The notes: generated by a model from the sequence alone, not told the origin. A stretch of DNA of 10,720 nt from an uncultured delta proteobacterium (GCA_963802945.1 CAWDKY010000067.1:1-10720), one strand, 5' to 3'. Counted from the stretch's first letter, positions 1 to 7,585 are shown. Translations and numbers: made by a program.

Positions 1-5
1 ACTCT

Positions 6-89
6 AAGCTATCAGCAGATAGCTGTCAGTATTCAGCTTGTTTTTTCTGAATTTTTTTCTGAGAACTGACTGCTGAATTCTGATTGCTT
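6..89. repeat. Inverted pair of degenerate heptamer tandem arrays (long imperfect palindrome)
   Basis: Left arm AGCTATC AGCAGAT AGCTGTC AGTATTC AGC (7-37). Right arm CTGAGAA CTGACTG CTGAATT CTGATTG CT (59-88). The reverse complement of the right arm (AAG CAATCAG AATTCAG CAGTCAG TTCTCAG) aligns in register with the left arm (AAG CTATCAG CAGATAG CTGTCAG TATTCAG). The spacer is T-rich. Confidence 0.75.
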
Positions 90-95
90 TTTAAC

Positions 96-188
96 GGAGA
101 GATGACCGAGTAGGCTTAAGGTGCTCGCCTGCTAAGCGAGTGTAGGGGGAAACTTCTACCGAGGGTTCGAATCCCTCTCTCTCCGCCA
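96..188 (+). tRNA. tRNA-Ser, anticodon GCT
   Basis: Acceptor stem GGAGAGA(96-102)/TCTCTCC(178-184). Anticodon stem CTCGC/GCGAG with loop CTGCTAA (GCT at 131-133). Long class II variable arm. T-arm GAGGG-TTCGAAT-CCCTC. Discriminator G and encoded CCA (186-188). Confidence 0.98.
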
Positions 189-205
189 TGAACCCTACAA
201 GGTTC

Positions 206-247
206 ATGGCAGTCCTAAACGCAACGTAGTTTAGGGCGCCATTTTTT
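206..247 (+). terminator. Probable Rho-independent terminator of the tRNA transcript
   Basis: Core stem CCTAAAC(214-220)/GTTTAGG(229-235), extendable through a G-U pair and a 1-nt bulge to ATGGC/GCCAT, followed by TTTTTT (242-247). Confidence 0.65.
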
Positions 248-250
248 AGT

Positions 251-278
251 TTGGATTTTCGCTTGCGGATTTCGAATG
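251..278. repeat. Short degenerate heptamer array
   Basis: TTGGATT TTCGCTT GCGGATT TCGAATG shows 7-nt periodicity. No clear inverted partner. Confidence 0.35.
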
Positions 279-405
279 ACACTCCTCCAACCCTAACAAG
301 TAGGGAAAAAATATGTTCCTCTTCCCTCGTCCTAATCTCTTATCGTTATCATAAAACCCTGTCTAAAATATCCGGCAGAAGGTATCTATCCCCAAGTTTC
401 GATCA

Positions 406-1128
406 TCAAGGATTTTTATTTTTTTGCGGCTGTTTTTGGGCCAGTTTTTCTTTACAGATCTGGATATAGTGTTCCAATTTAGGTGGGTGGGTCGTTTCGG
501 GGAAATGCTGAACGATACCTTCAAACCTGCCCAGAGCCGCGTCATAATTCTTTCTCTTAAAATAATATTCCCCTATATAAAATTCATGAGAGGCCAATTT
601 TTTTTTGGCGGTTATCAGATGGGTTTGGGCTTGGGAAATATATTCGCTCTGAGGATAGTTTTTGATCAATCGATCGAATTCCTGAACTGCTTGTAAAGCG
701 TAACTCTGGTCCCGGTCAACAGTGGGCATTTGTTTAAAGTAACACATGGCCACTTGAAAAATTACATAAGGAATGATTTCATTGACTGGATGTAATTTTT
801 CGAATTCCTTATAGGCCGTAGCCGCCAACAAATATTCTTTATTTAAGAAATAACCGTCGGCTAATTTAAGCTCAGCGACGATCGCATAGGGATTGTAAGG
901 GAAACGATCTTTTAACTTTTGAAAGGCTTCAGTGGCTTTTTCATATTTTTTTCGCTGATAGGCATCCAGGCCTTCCTGAATCAGGGCTTCGGGGGTCTTT
1001 TCCAGTTCTTTGGCCTCTTTGCTTTTAAAATATCCGCAACTCACCATGGAGAATAAAAACCAACCGATGATCAGAACAATCAGGCTGTATTTGTAAAAGG
1101 AATGTGTAAAAAGCGGATTTTTTCTCAT
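406..1128 (-). CDS. bamD: Outer membrane protein assembly factor BamD (YfiO/ComL family TPR lipoprotein)
   Basis: Hydrophobic signal peptide ending in a lipobox-like MVS-C. TPR-like helices with family-typical segments (LKDRFPYNPYA, FEKLHP, VDRDQS, YPQSEY, LASHEFYIGEYYFK). Its ATG overlaps the trxB stop (ATGA, 1125-1128). Confidence 0.9.
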   Translation of the reverse strand: MRKNPLFTHSFYKYSLIVLIIGWFLFSMVSCGYFKSKEAKELEKTPEALIQEGLDAYQRKKYEKATEAFQKLKDRFPYNPYAIVAELKLADGYFLNKEYLLAATAYKEFEKLHPVNEIIPYVIFQVAMCYFKQMPTVDRDQSYALQAVQEFDRLIKNYPQSEYISQAQTHLITAKKKLASHEFYIGEYYFKRKNYDAALGRFEGIVQHFPETTHPPKLEHYIQICKEKLAQKQPQKNKNP

Positions 1129-2054
1129 AGGGCCTCCAGGTATCTCTCGGCGGCAAAGGCGGCTGTGGCCCCATCACCAACCGATGTGGATATCTGTCTC
1201 AATAGTTTTTGGCGGACATCTCCGGCGGCAAAAATTCCCGGCACGGAGGTGGCCAGGTGTTCACTAGTTTGAATAAACCCTTCGGGATTCAACGGCAAGG
1301 TCTCTTTCAACCAATCGGTGTTGGGTTGGATCCCGACCAGAATAAAGACCCCTTGAATGGGAATCATCTGTTTGGAGGAGTCATCCACTGTTTTAACCCG
1401 AATCCCTTCGACTTGGTCGGTTCCCAGGATGGCTTCCACCACCGTTTTCCAAACAGGTTGGATGGCAGGATGGGCCAAGGCCTTTTCTTGAAGGATTTGG
1501 GTGGCTCGAAGCCGATCCCTTCGGTGGATCAGATAAACTTTTTTTGCAAAACGGGTTAAATAAAGGGCCTCTTGAACGGCGGTGTCTCCGCCCCCGACGA
1601 CGGCAATCTCCTGATCCTTAAAAAAAGGACCATCACAGGTGGCGCAATAAGAAACACCTTTACCTCTTAAAAGTCCTTCTCCCGGGACTCCTAATTTTTT
1701 ATAAATCGCTCCGGTGGCGATAACCAAGGCCCTGGTTTTATAGATACCCTGGTTTCCGTGCAATATTTTTGCAGTTCCTTGAAGAGACAGGGAAACAATT
1801 TTATCATTGGTGACCGGCAATTCGAACCGCTCGGCCTGTCGGCGCATATTATCCACTAAGTCAAAGCCGGTAATCCCTTCGGGAAAGCCGGGATAATTGT
1901 CCACCCAGTCAGTATTTAAAACTTGTCCTCCCGGTACGAACTGTTCTATAAGAAGGGTGCTAAGTCGGGAACGTCGGGCGTACAGCCCGGCGGTCAGCCC
2001 TGCCGGGCCTCCACCAATGATAATCAGGTCGTAAATAGGATTTTCTAAGGGCAT
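1125..2054 (-). CDS. trxB: Thioredoxin-disulfide reductase
   Basis: FAD-binding GGGPAGLTAG, active site GVSYCATCDG, NADPH-binding GGGDTA and HRRDRLRA, C-terminal TSVPGIFAAGD. Adjacent to thioredoxin. Confidence 0.96.
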   Translation of the reverse strand: MPLENPIYDLIIIGGGPAGLTAGLYARRSRLSTLLIEQFVPGGQVLNTDWVDNYPGFPEGITGFDLVDNMRRQAERFELPVTNDKIVSLSLQGTAKILHGNQGIYKTRALVIATGAIYKKLGVPGEGLLRGKGVSYCATCDGPFFKDQEIAVVGGGDTAVQEALYLTRFAKKVYLIHRRDRLRATQILQEKALAHPAIQPVWKTVVEAILGTDQVEGIRVKTVDDSSKQMIPIQGVFILVGIQPNTDWLKETLPLNPEGFIQTSEHLATSVPGIFAAGDVRQKLLRQISTSVGDGATAAFAAERYLEAL

Positions 2055-2055
2055 A

Positions 2056-2385
2056 CTACAAGGTTTTTTTTATGGCAGTTTCCAGGGTGCTTTTGGAAAC
2101 TGCTCCGGTGATCTGTTCGACCACTTTTCCGTTTTTAAAAAGGATTAGGGTGGGGATGGCTCGGATTCCATAGTGGCCCGGTGTTTTGGGATTGTCATCC
2201 ACATTCAGCTTGCCTATTTTGATCTGACCTTGAAATTGAACGGCCAATTCTTCCACCACCGGGGCAATCGCCCGACAAGGACCGCACCAAGGAGCCCAAA
2301 AGTCAACCAGGGCCGGGGTAGAAGCTTCTGTTATTTCCTTTTGAAAATTTTCGTCGGTGACTTCGGCAATATTTTTTCCTGCCAT
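2056..2385 (-). CDS. trxA: Thioredoxin
   Basis: 109 aa with VDFWAPWCGPC and GIRAIPTL. SD-like GGGAG just upstream of the ATG. Confidence 0.97.
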   Translation of the reverse strand: MAGKNIAEVTDENFQKEITEASTPALVDFWAPWCGPCRAIAPVVEELAVQFQGQIKIGKLNVDDNPKTPGHYGIRAIPTLILFKNGKVVEQITGAVSKSTLETAIKKTL

Positions 2386-2443
2386 GATCTCTCCCTTCTG
2401 TATTCTGTGGTTACACAGTTAGGATATGCTGAACGCACAAAGG

Positions 2444-2472
2444 ATTCTAATTCCCTTTGGTTTCAATGTCAA
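2444..2472 (-). promoter_or_regulatory. Sigma70-type promoter for trxA-trxB-bamD
   Basis: Minus strand reads TTGACA (2472-2467), a 17-nt spacer, then TAGAAT (2449-2444), about 60 nt upstream of the trxA start. Confidence 0.75.
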
Positions 2473-2592
2473 TACTTACCCAAAATTCTAACCAAATATA
2501 TTTAAAATTTTGGAAAGTTCAAGGGGGGTCTTATTTTCAAAAGCAGGAGATAACTTCTCGGATTTCTGGTGTAAGGATTTAAAGGAAAAATT

Positions 2593-2620
2593 TTGACTTT
2601 GATGGTGTTTTTGGTTTAAT
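2593..2620 (+). promoter_or_regulatory. Putative sigma70 promoter for the aminotransferase-hom cluster
   Basis: TTGACT (2593-2598), a 16-nt spacer, then TTTAAT (2615-2620) preceded by an extended -10 TG (2612-2613). Confidence 0.55.
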
Positions 2621-2653
2621 GTCTTATGTGGTCATATGAAAAAGGAGATTGAT

Positions 2654-3829
2654 ATGGAAGAATTCAGACGAATGAACCGGTTACCCCCTTATGTCTTTGC
2701 CACAGTCGATGCCTTAAAAATGGAATTGCGACGTCAGGGTGAGGATATTATCGATTTGGGAATGGGGAATCCTGACTTGGCTACCCCAAAACATATTGTA
2801 GATAAACTTCGGGAAGCCTCTTTGAAATCCCATAACCATCGTTATTCAGCATCCAGGGGGATCACCCGGCTCCGAAAAGCCATCTGTGACTGGTATAAAA
2901 GGCGTTTTCAAGTGGAGCTGGACCCGGAAACAGAAGCCATTGTGACCATAGGGGCCAAGGAGGGGATATCCCATCTGGTCCTGGCCACCACCAGTCCTGG
3001 TGATGTGATCTTCGCGCCTGATCCCACCTACCCGATTCATCCCTTTTCGGTTATCATTGCCGGAGGGGATCTAAGAAGTATTCCTATAAGTCAGGATCGG
3101 GATTTTTTTGAAGACCTGCTGACGGCCACAAAACAAACCTGGCCCAGTCCGAAAATGTTGATCATCTCCTTTCCCCATAACCCCACCACTACGGTGGTGG
3201 ATAAGGGATTTTTTAAAAATATCGTGGCCTTTGCACAGGAACATCGTATGATGGTCATCCACGACTTTGCTTATGCCGATCTGGTCTTTGACGGGTATAA
3301 GGCCCCCAGTTTTATGCAGATTCCCGGGGCAAAAGAAGTTGGGGTGGAATTTTTTTCGTTGTCCAAGAGTTACAGCATGCCTGGATGGCGAGTGGGTTTT
3401 GCCGTGGGAAATCCCCAGTTGATTCACGCCCTGACCCGTATAAAAAGTTATTTGGACTATGGGGTTTTTCAGCCGATCCAGATTGCCTCCATCATTGCCT
3501 TAAATGGGCCTCAGGAGTGCGTTCAGGAGATCGTCGGCATATACCAGGAAAGAAGGGATGCCCTGATTCGGGGGCTGAACCAAGTCGGTTGGAGAACGGA
3601 AAAACCCAAAGGGACCATGTTTGTCTGGTCAAAAATTCCCGAGCCCTTTAGAAAAATGGGTTCGGTGGAATTTTCCAAGTTTCTCATACGAGAAGGGAAG
3701 GTGGCCGTATCCCCCGGACGGGGCTTCGGAGAATACGGGGATGAATATGTCCGGTTTGCTTTGGTAGAAAACCCCCATCGTATCCAACAGGCGGTCAGGG
3801 GCATTAAAAAGGCATTGAACAAGGGCTAA
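2654..3829 (+). CDS. alaC: PLP-dependent aminotransferase class I/II, AlaC/YfdZ-like
   Basis: N-terminal RLPPYVF...[10 protein letters not shown], plus FPHNPT, HDFAY, the PLP-lysine motif [14 protein letters not shown] and KSYLDYG. Start moved from 2636 to ATG 2654 because of the AAGGAG SD at 2642-2647. Exact substrate is uncertain. Confidence 0.8.
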   Translation: MEEFRRMNRLPPYVFATVDALKMELRRQGEDIIDLGMGNPDLATPKHIVDKLREASLKSHNHRYSASRGITRLRKAICDWYKRRFQVELDPETEAIVTIGAKEGISHLVLATTSPGDVIFAPDPTYPIHPFSVIIAGGDLRSIPISQDRDFFEDLLTATKQTWPSPKMLIISFPHNPTTTVVDKGFFKNIVAFAQEHRMMVIHDFAYADLVFDGYKAPSFMQIPGAKEVGVEFFSLSKSYSMPGWRVGFAVGNPQLIHALTRIKSYLDYGVFQPIQIASIIALNGPQECVQEIVGIYQERRDALIRGLNQVGWRTEKPKGTMFVWSKIPEPFRKMGSVEFSKFLIREGKVAVSPGRGFGEYGDEYVRFALVENPHRIQQAVRGIKKALNKG

Positions 3830-3881
3830 TGGCTTCAAATAAAATCTCAGAATTCAAGGACGAGCCTATAGTGAGGGGGTT

Positions 3882-5186
3882 ATGAAAGAGATTCAGGTTG
3901 GCTTAATCGGTTTCGGCACGGTGGGAACCGGGGTGGTAAAGATTTTGATTGAAAAAGAAGGACTTCTTCGATCCCTGGTCGGTGCTCCCATGAAATTAAA
4001 AAGGATCGCCGATCTGGATTTGAAACGGAATCGAGGGATCAAGATTCCCAAGGGGCTTTTGGTGAATAGAGCCGATGACATCCTTAATGATCCGGACATC
4101 TCCATTGTGATAGAACTGATAGGGGGTTTGGAACCGGCCCGAACCCTTATTTTAAAGGCCCTGGGAAAAGGGAAACACGTAGTAACGGCCAACAAGGCCT
4201 TGCTGGCCCACAAGGGGGATGAAATTTTTCAAAAGGCCTTTGATCGTAAGTTGGATATCGGCTTTGAGGCCAGCGTTTGCGGAGGCATTCCGGTTATCAT
4301 GGCCCTTCAGCAGGGGCTGGTGGCCAATGATATTGAAAGCATTTTAGGGATCTTTAACGGGACCTCCAATTATATCCTGACGCGGATGACTGAAGAAGGT
4401 CTGCCTTATTCACAGGCCTTGAAGGAGGCCCAACAAAAAGGATACGCCGAGGCCGATCCCACCCTGGATGTGGAGGGCATGGATACGGTCCATAAACTGA
4501 CCATTTTAATGCATCTGGCCTATGGCTCTCCGTTAAATCCTGAGACTGTTTTTGTGGAAGGCATTACTCGAATCGGGGCATTGGACATTGAATTTGCCCG
4601 GGAATTCGGTTACTCGATCAAGCTTCTGGCCATCTGTCGAAAGGAAGGGGACCTTTTAGAGGCGAGGGTCCACCCGACCATGATTCCTAAAATTCATATG
4701 TTGACCAGTGTGCAGGGGGCCTATAATGCCCTTTATATAAAGGGAGATTCAGTGGGAGATGTTTTGCTCTACGGAAAGGGAGCTGGCATGATGCCTACCG
4801 GAAGCGCCGTAGTCAGTGATCTGGTCAATATGGGCCGAAATATCAACAAAGGAGTTGCCCAAAGAATCCCCCAGAACCTTTCAAGAAAAAGCTTTAAAGA
4901 AAAGGGCTTGGCTTTTAAGCCTTTTACTGATGTGTTAACCCGTTACTATTTTAGGTTTTCCGCTTTGGATCGCCCCGGAGTCCTTTCCACCATAGCCGGC
5001 ATTCTTGGGGCCTATCAAATCAGTGTGGCCTCGGTGATCCAAAAAGGGCGGGAAACTAAAGGGTCTGTCCCGATCGTTATGATGACCCATGAGGCCAGAG
5101 AATCATCGGTTCACAAGGCCATCCAAAAGATTGACCGGCTGCCGGTGATTACTGATAGAACGATGATTATCAGGGTGGAAAATTAA
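3882..5186 (+). CDS. hom: Homoserine dehydrogenase with C-terminal ACT domain
   Basis: GFGTVG Rossmann motif, VVTANKA, FEASVCGGIP, GIFNGTSNYIL, GYAEADPTLDVEG, GKGAG, and an ACT domain (DRPGVLS). SD-like GAGGGGG upstream. Confidence 0.95.
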   Translation: MKEIQVGLIGFGTVGTGVVKILIEKEGLLRSLVGAPMKLKRIADLDLKRNRGIKIPKGLLVNRADDILNDPDISIVIELIGGLEPARTLILKALGKGKHVVTANKALLAHKGDEIFQKAFDRKLDIGFEASVCGGIPVIMALQQGLVANDIESILGIFNGTSNYILTRMTEEGLPYSQALKEAQQKGYAEADPTLDVEGMDTVHKLTILMHLAYGSPLNPETVFVEGITRIGALDIEFAREFGYSIKLLAICRKEGDLLEARVHPTMIPKIHMLTSVQGAYNALYIKGDSVGDVLLYGKGAGMMPTGSAVVSDLVNMGRNINKGVAQRIPQNLSRKSFKEKGLAFKPFTDVLTRYYFRFSALDRPGVLSTIAGILGAYQISVASVIQKGRETKGSVPIVMMTHEARESSVHKAIQKIDRLPVITDRTMIIRVEN

Positions 5187-5196
5187 AAACATAGAA

Positions 5197-5309
5197 AGGG
5201 TCAAAGGATTCGAGGATTCAAGGGTTCACAAAGACTACCGGTCTAAGGTGTAAGGTTTACGGTATTCGGTTTTTCCTTGAACCTTGCACCTTGTACCTTA
5301 AACCTGCAA
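5197..5309. repeat. Octamer tandem array followed by an inverted pair of heptamer arrays
   Basis: AGGGTCAA AGGATTCG AGGATTCA AGGGTTCA (5197-5228). Then GGTCTAA GGTGTAA GGTTTAC GGTATTC GGT (5240-5270), TTTT, and CCTTGAA CCTTGCA CCTTGTA CCTTAAA CCTGCAA (5275-5309). The two heptamer arms are in-register reverse complements. Confidence 0.85.
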
Positions 5310-5331
5310 TCATTCTATTCCTTTATTTATT

Positions 5332-6561
5332 ATGAGTCCTGAAAAAAGAAAATACATCATTTTAGTTGGGGACGGGATGGGGGATTACCCTCAAGAGGCC
5401 CTGGATGGAAAGACCCCCCTGGAAGCGGCTCATACACCCCATATGGATAAAACGGCCTCCCAGGGGATTATGGGGTGTGCTCAAACCGTCCCGTCGGCCT
5501 GTGAACCGGGAAGTGATATTGCCAACCTCTCCCTTATGGGATATGACCCGTTGATCTATCATACTGGCCGCGCCCCATTGGAAGCGGTCAGTATGGGGAT
5601 TCGATTAAAGGATGAGGACGTGGCCTTTCGCTGCAATCTGGTTTGTCTGGATCACCAGGGAAATGATGCAGTGGTCATGGATTCTTATAGCGCCGGTCAT
5701 ATTTCTACCGAAGAAGCCAAGATTTTAATCAATGACCTGAACGGGTTTTTAGCTCGTCCCGAGTTGTCTTTCTATCCGGGGGTTAGTTACCGACATATCC
5801 TGGTCTGGTCCGGGGCTGATCCATCGGCCAAGACCAAGCCCCCCCATGACCTGAGCGGGCAGAATGTGACCGACTACTTGAAATCCAAGGGGGAATTGGG
5901 ACCGATTGTGGATCTGATGCGCCGGACCTGGCCTTTTCTCAGCCGACACCCGATCAATCAGAACAGACTGGAACGCGGTTTGGTTCCGGCTAATTCCATT
6001 TGGTTGTGGGGTCAAGGAAAGCCACCGGCAATGCCCTCTTTCCTGGAAAGATTCGGCCTTCAGGGGGGAGTGATTTCCGCTGTAGATCTTTTAAAAGGTA
6101 TTGGATTGTGCGCTGGGTTGGAATCCATTTTTGTAAAGGGAATGACCGGATATTTAGATACTAATTTCCTGGGGAAGGCCGAAAAAGCTCTGGCTTTCCT
6201 GGCCGAAAAAGACCTGGTTTATGTCCATGTAGAGGCCCCGGATGAGGCTTCCCATGAAGGCAGCCTGGAGAAGAAAATCCAGGCCATTGAGGCCTTCGAT
6301 CGAGAGGTTGTGGAGCCGGTTCTTATTGGGTTGAGTCGATTTGAAGCCTATTCCTTGATGATTGTGACCGATCATTTCACGCCTATCCAGGTCATGACCC
6401 ACACTCGGGAGCCAGTCCCTTTATCGATCTTCTGTTCTGGAGACCAGCACCGTCCTTCCCGAAAAAGAGGTTTCTCCGAAAGAGCGGCTTTGGAGGGAGA
6501 GGTCTCTTTTTTAAAGGGAGATCAGTTGATGCCCTGGTTTCTCAAAGCCCATCAGGGGTGA
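5332..6561 (+). CDS. apgM: ApgM-type cofactor-independent phosphoglycerate mutase family protein (alkaline phosphatase superfamily); candidate alternative homoserine kinase
   Basis: GDGMGD, GKTPLEAA, catalytic-Ser region PGSDIANL, GRAPLEA, AFRCNLV, ANSIWLWGQG, and metal ligands in HVEAPDEASH and TDH...TH. Lies directly downstream of hom. Confidence 0.85.
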   Translation: MSPEKRKYIILVGDGMGDYPQEALDGKTPLEAAHTPHMDKTASQGIMGCAQTVPSACEPGSDIANLSLMGYDPLIYHTGRAPLEAVSMGIRLKDEDVAFRCNLVCLDHQGNDAVVMDSYSAGHISTEEAKILINDLNGFLARPELSFYPGVSYRHILVWSGADPSAKTKPPHDLSGQNVTDYLKSKGELGPIVDLMRRTWPFLSRHPINQNRLERGLVPANSIWLWGQGKPPAMPSFLERFGLQGGVISAVDLLKGIGLCAGLESIFVKGMTGYLDTNFLGKAEKALAFLAEKDLVYVHVEAPDEASHEGSLEKKIQAIEAFDREVVEPVLIGLSRFEAYSLMIVTDHFTPIQVMTHTREPVPLSIFCSGDQHRPSRKRGFSERAALEGEVSFLKGDQLMPWFLKAHQG

Positions 6562-6565
6562 TAAA

Positions 6566-6967
6566 ATGAAATTTTTTCAAACGACTTACCGGGTTATTTA
6601 CGGCGATGTGGATTCCATGAAAATGGCCTATTATGCCAATTATTTGCGCTGGTTTGAGATCGGCCGTTCGGAACTGATTCGCCATTTGGGGCTTCCCTAT
6701 GCCGAGATAGAAGCCAGAGGATATCGACTGCCGGTTACCGAAGCTTACTTAAAATATAACAAGCCGGCCCGTTATGATGAAATAATACTGATCAACAGCG
6801 GTGTGGGATTTATCCGCAAGGCCTCTATGCGGTTTGACTATAGAATTTTTAACCGGGAGGAAGATCTCTTGGTTCAAGGATACACGGTCCATGCCTGTCT
6901 GGATCCGGAAGGCAAATTGGTTCGTCTTCCTGAATCCGTGATCACCCTTTTGGCAAAATGGAAATAG
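6566..6967 (+). CDS. Acyl-CoA thioesterase, YbgC/FadM (4HBT hot-dog) family
   Basis: 133 aa with RVIYGDVDSMKMAYYANYLRWFEIGRSE and YNKPARYDE, matching the YbgC-family signature. Starts 4 nt after the apgM stop. Confidence 0.85.
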   Translation: MKFFQTTYRVIYGDVDSMKMAYYANYLRWFEIGRSELIRHLGLPYAEIEARGYRLPVTEAYLKYNKPARYDEIILINSGVGFIRKASMRFDYRIFNREEDLLVQGYTVHACLDPEGKLVRLPESVITLLAKWK

Positions 6968-7029
6968 CCTTTATTTTCCCATTGGAACTTCTTTCCCCTT
7001 AACCCATTCAAAATGTAAGGAGCAACTTC

Positions 7030-7413
7030 TTGTCTGAAGCCGAAGCCGCCAAAACGATTAAGGCTTATTTTGAGGCCTTTAACGCCCATGATAATAAGAC
7101 TTTTCTGGATACCCACCACTTCCCTCACATCCGGATCAACGACAAGGGACAGGTGAGTATCGTCCAAAATGCCTCGGAATTATTACCTCTGGATGAAACA
7201 CTGACCAACTTGACTAAAAAAGAAAGATGGTACCACAGCACTCTGGACTCGCTGGAAGTCATTCATGCTTCGGAAATCAAGGTCCATTTTAATATCCAAT
7301 TCAGTCGATATAAGGCGGACGGATCCAAGTATGCGGTTTACAAATCCCTGTGGATCATTACAAAGAAGGATGGCCGCTGGGGTATACAAGCCCGCTCCAG
7401 CTACGCCCCTTAG
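7030..7413 (+). CDS. Small protein, probable NTF2/SnoaL-like fold, function unknown
   Basis: 127 aa. TTG start with AAGGAG SD (7017-7022). N-terminal YFEAFNAHD helix and C-terminal strand-turn-strand WIITKKDGRWGI are typical of NTF2-like proteins. Confidence 0.65.
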   Translation: MSEAEAAKTIKAYFEAFNAHDNKTFLDTHHFPHIRINDKGQVSIVQNASELLPLDETLTNLTKKERWYHSTLDSLEVIHASEIKVHFNIQFSRYKADGSKYAVYKSLWIITKKDGRWGIQARSSYAP

Positions 7414-7556
7414 GGCAGCTTAAAATAATTAATGGGCTGCTTCTCAACTTTCCACTCATGATAAAAAGAGGATCGACTTCAGGGAAATCTCTATCTCAGC
7501 AATTAACCTTTTCAGCCAGACACCAGAAACATTAGCTGACCAGCATAGAATATTTC

Positions 7557-7585
7557 TTGACAAGCGGGTTTCCCTCACCTATAAA
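7557..7585 (+). promoter_or_regulatory. Sigma70 promoter of bioB
   Basis: TTGACA (7557-7562), a 17-nt spacer, then TATAAA (7580-7585). Confidence 0.8.

Noticed and set aside
91-282. 63-aa minus-strand ORF (MAEREGFEPS...)
   Set aside because: This is the typical antisense translation of a tRNA gene, not a protein.
291-311. Hairpin CCCTA-ACAAG-TAGGG followed by an A-run, as a bamD terminator
   Set aside because: The stem is only 5 bp, and on the minus strand the U-run would come before the hairpin, not after it.
96-400. Genomic island integrated at tRNA-Ser
   Set aside because: No integrase, no duplicated tRNA 3' end in the window, and the flanking genes are housekeeping.
251-696. ORFs 251..469, 363..545 and 424..696
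   Set aside because: They overlap bamD in other frames or on the opposite strand and have no recognisable motifs.
2405-2418. Palindrome CTGTG-GTTA-CACAG in the trxA 5' UTR
   Set aside because: Only 5-bp arms and no match to a regulator motif I can name; could be chance.
2636-2653. Upstream ATG for the aminotransferase
   Set aside because: The SD (AAGGAG) lies downstream of it and fits ATG 2654.
5197-5309. CRISPR array or amino-acid attenuator
   Set aside because: Units are 7-8 nt with no unique spacers and no cas genes nearby. I found no Thr/Ile-rich leader peptide or T-box/riboswitch motif.
406-6561. Selenocysteine or pyrrolysine read-through at TGA/TAG stops (trxA, trxB, bamD, apgM)
   Set aside because: The proteins are full length at these stops, trxA and trxB have normal Cys motifs, and the bamD and apgM stops are followed at once by a second stop.
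7413-7442. Hairpin GGGCAGCTTA/TGGGCTGCTT as a terminator
   Set aside because: It needs four G-U pairs and has no good U-tract, so it is too weak to call.
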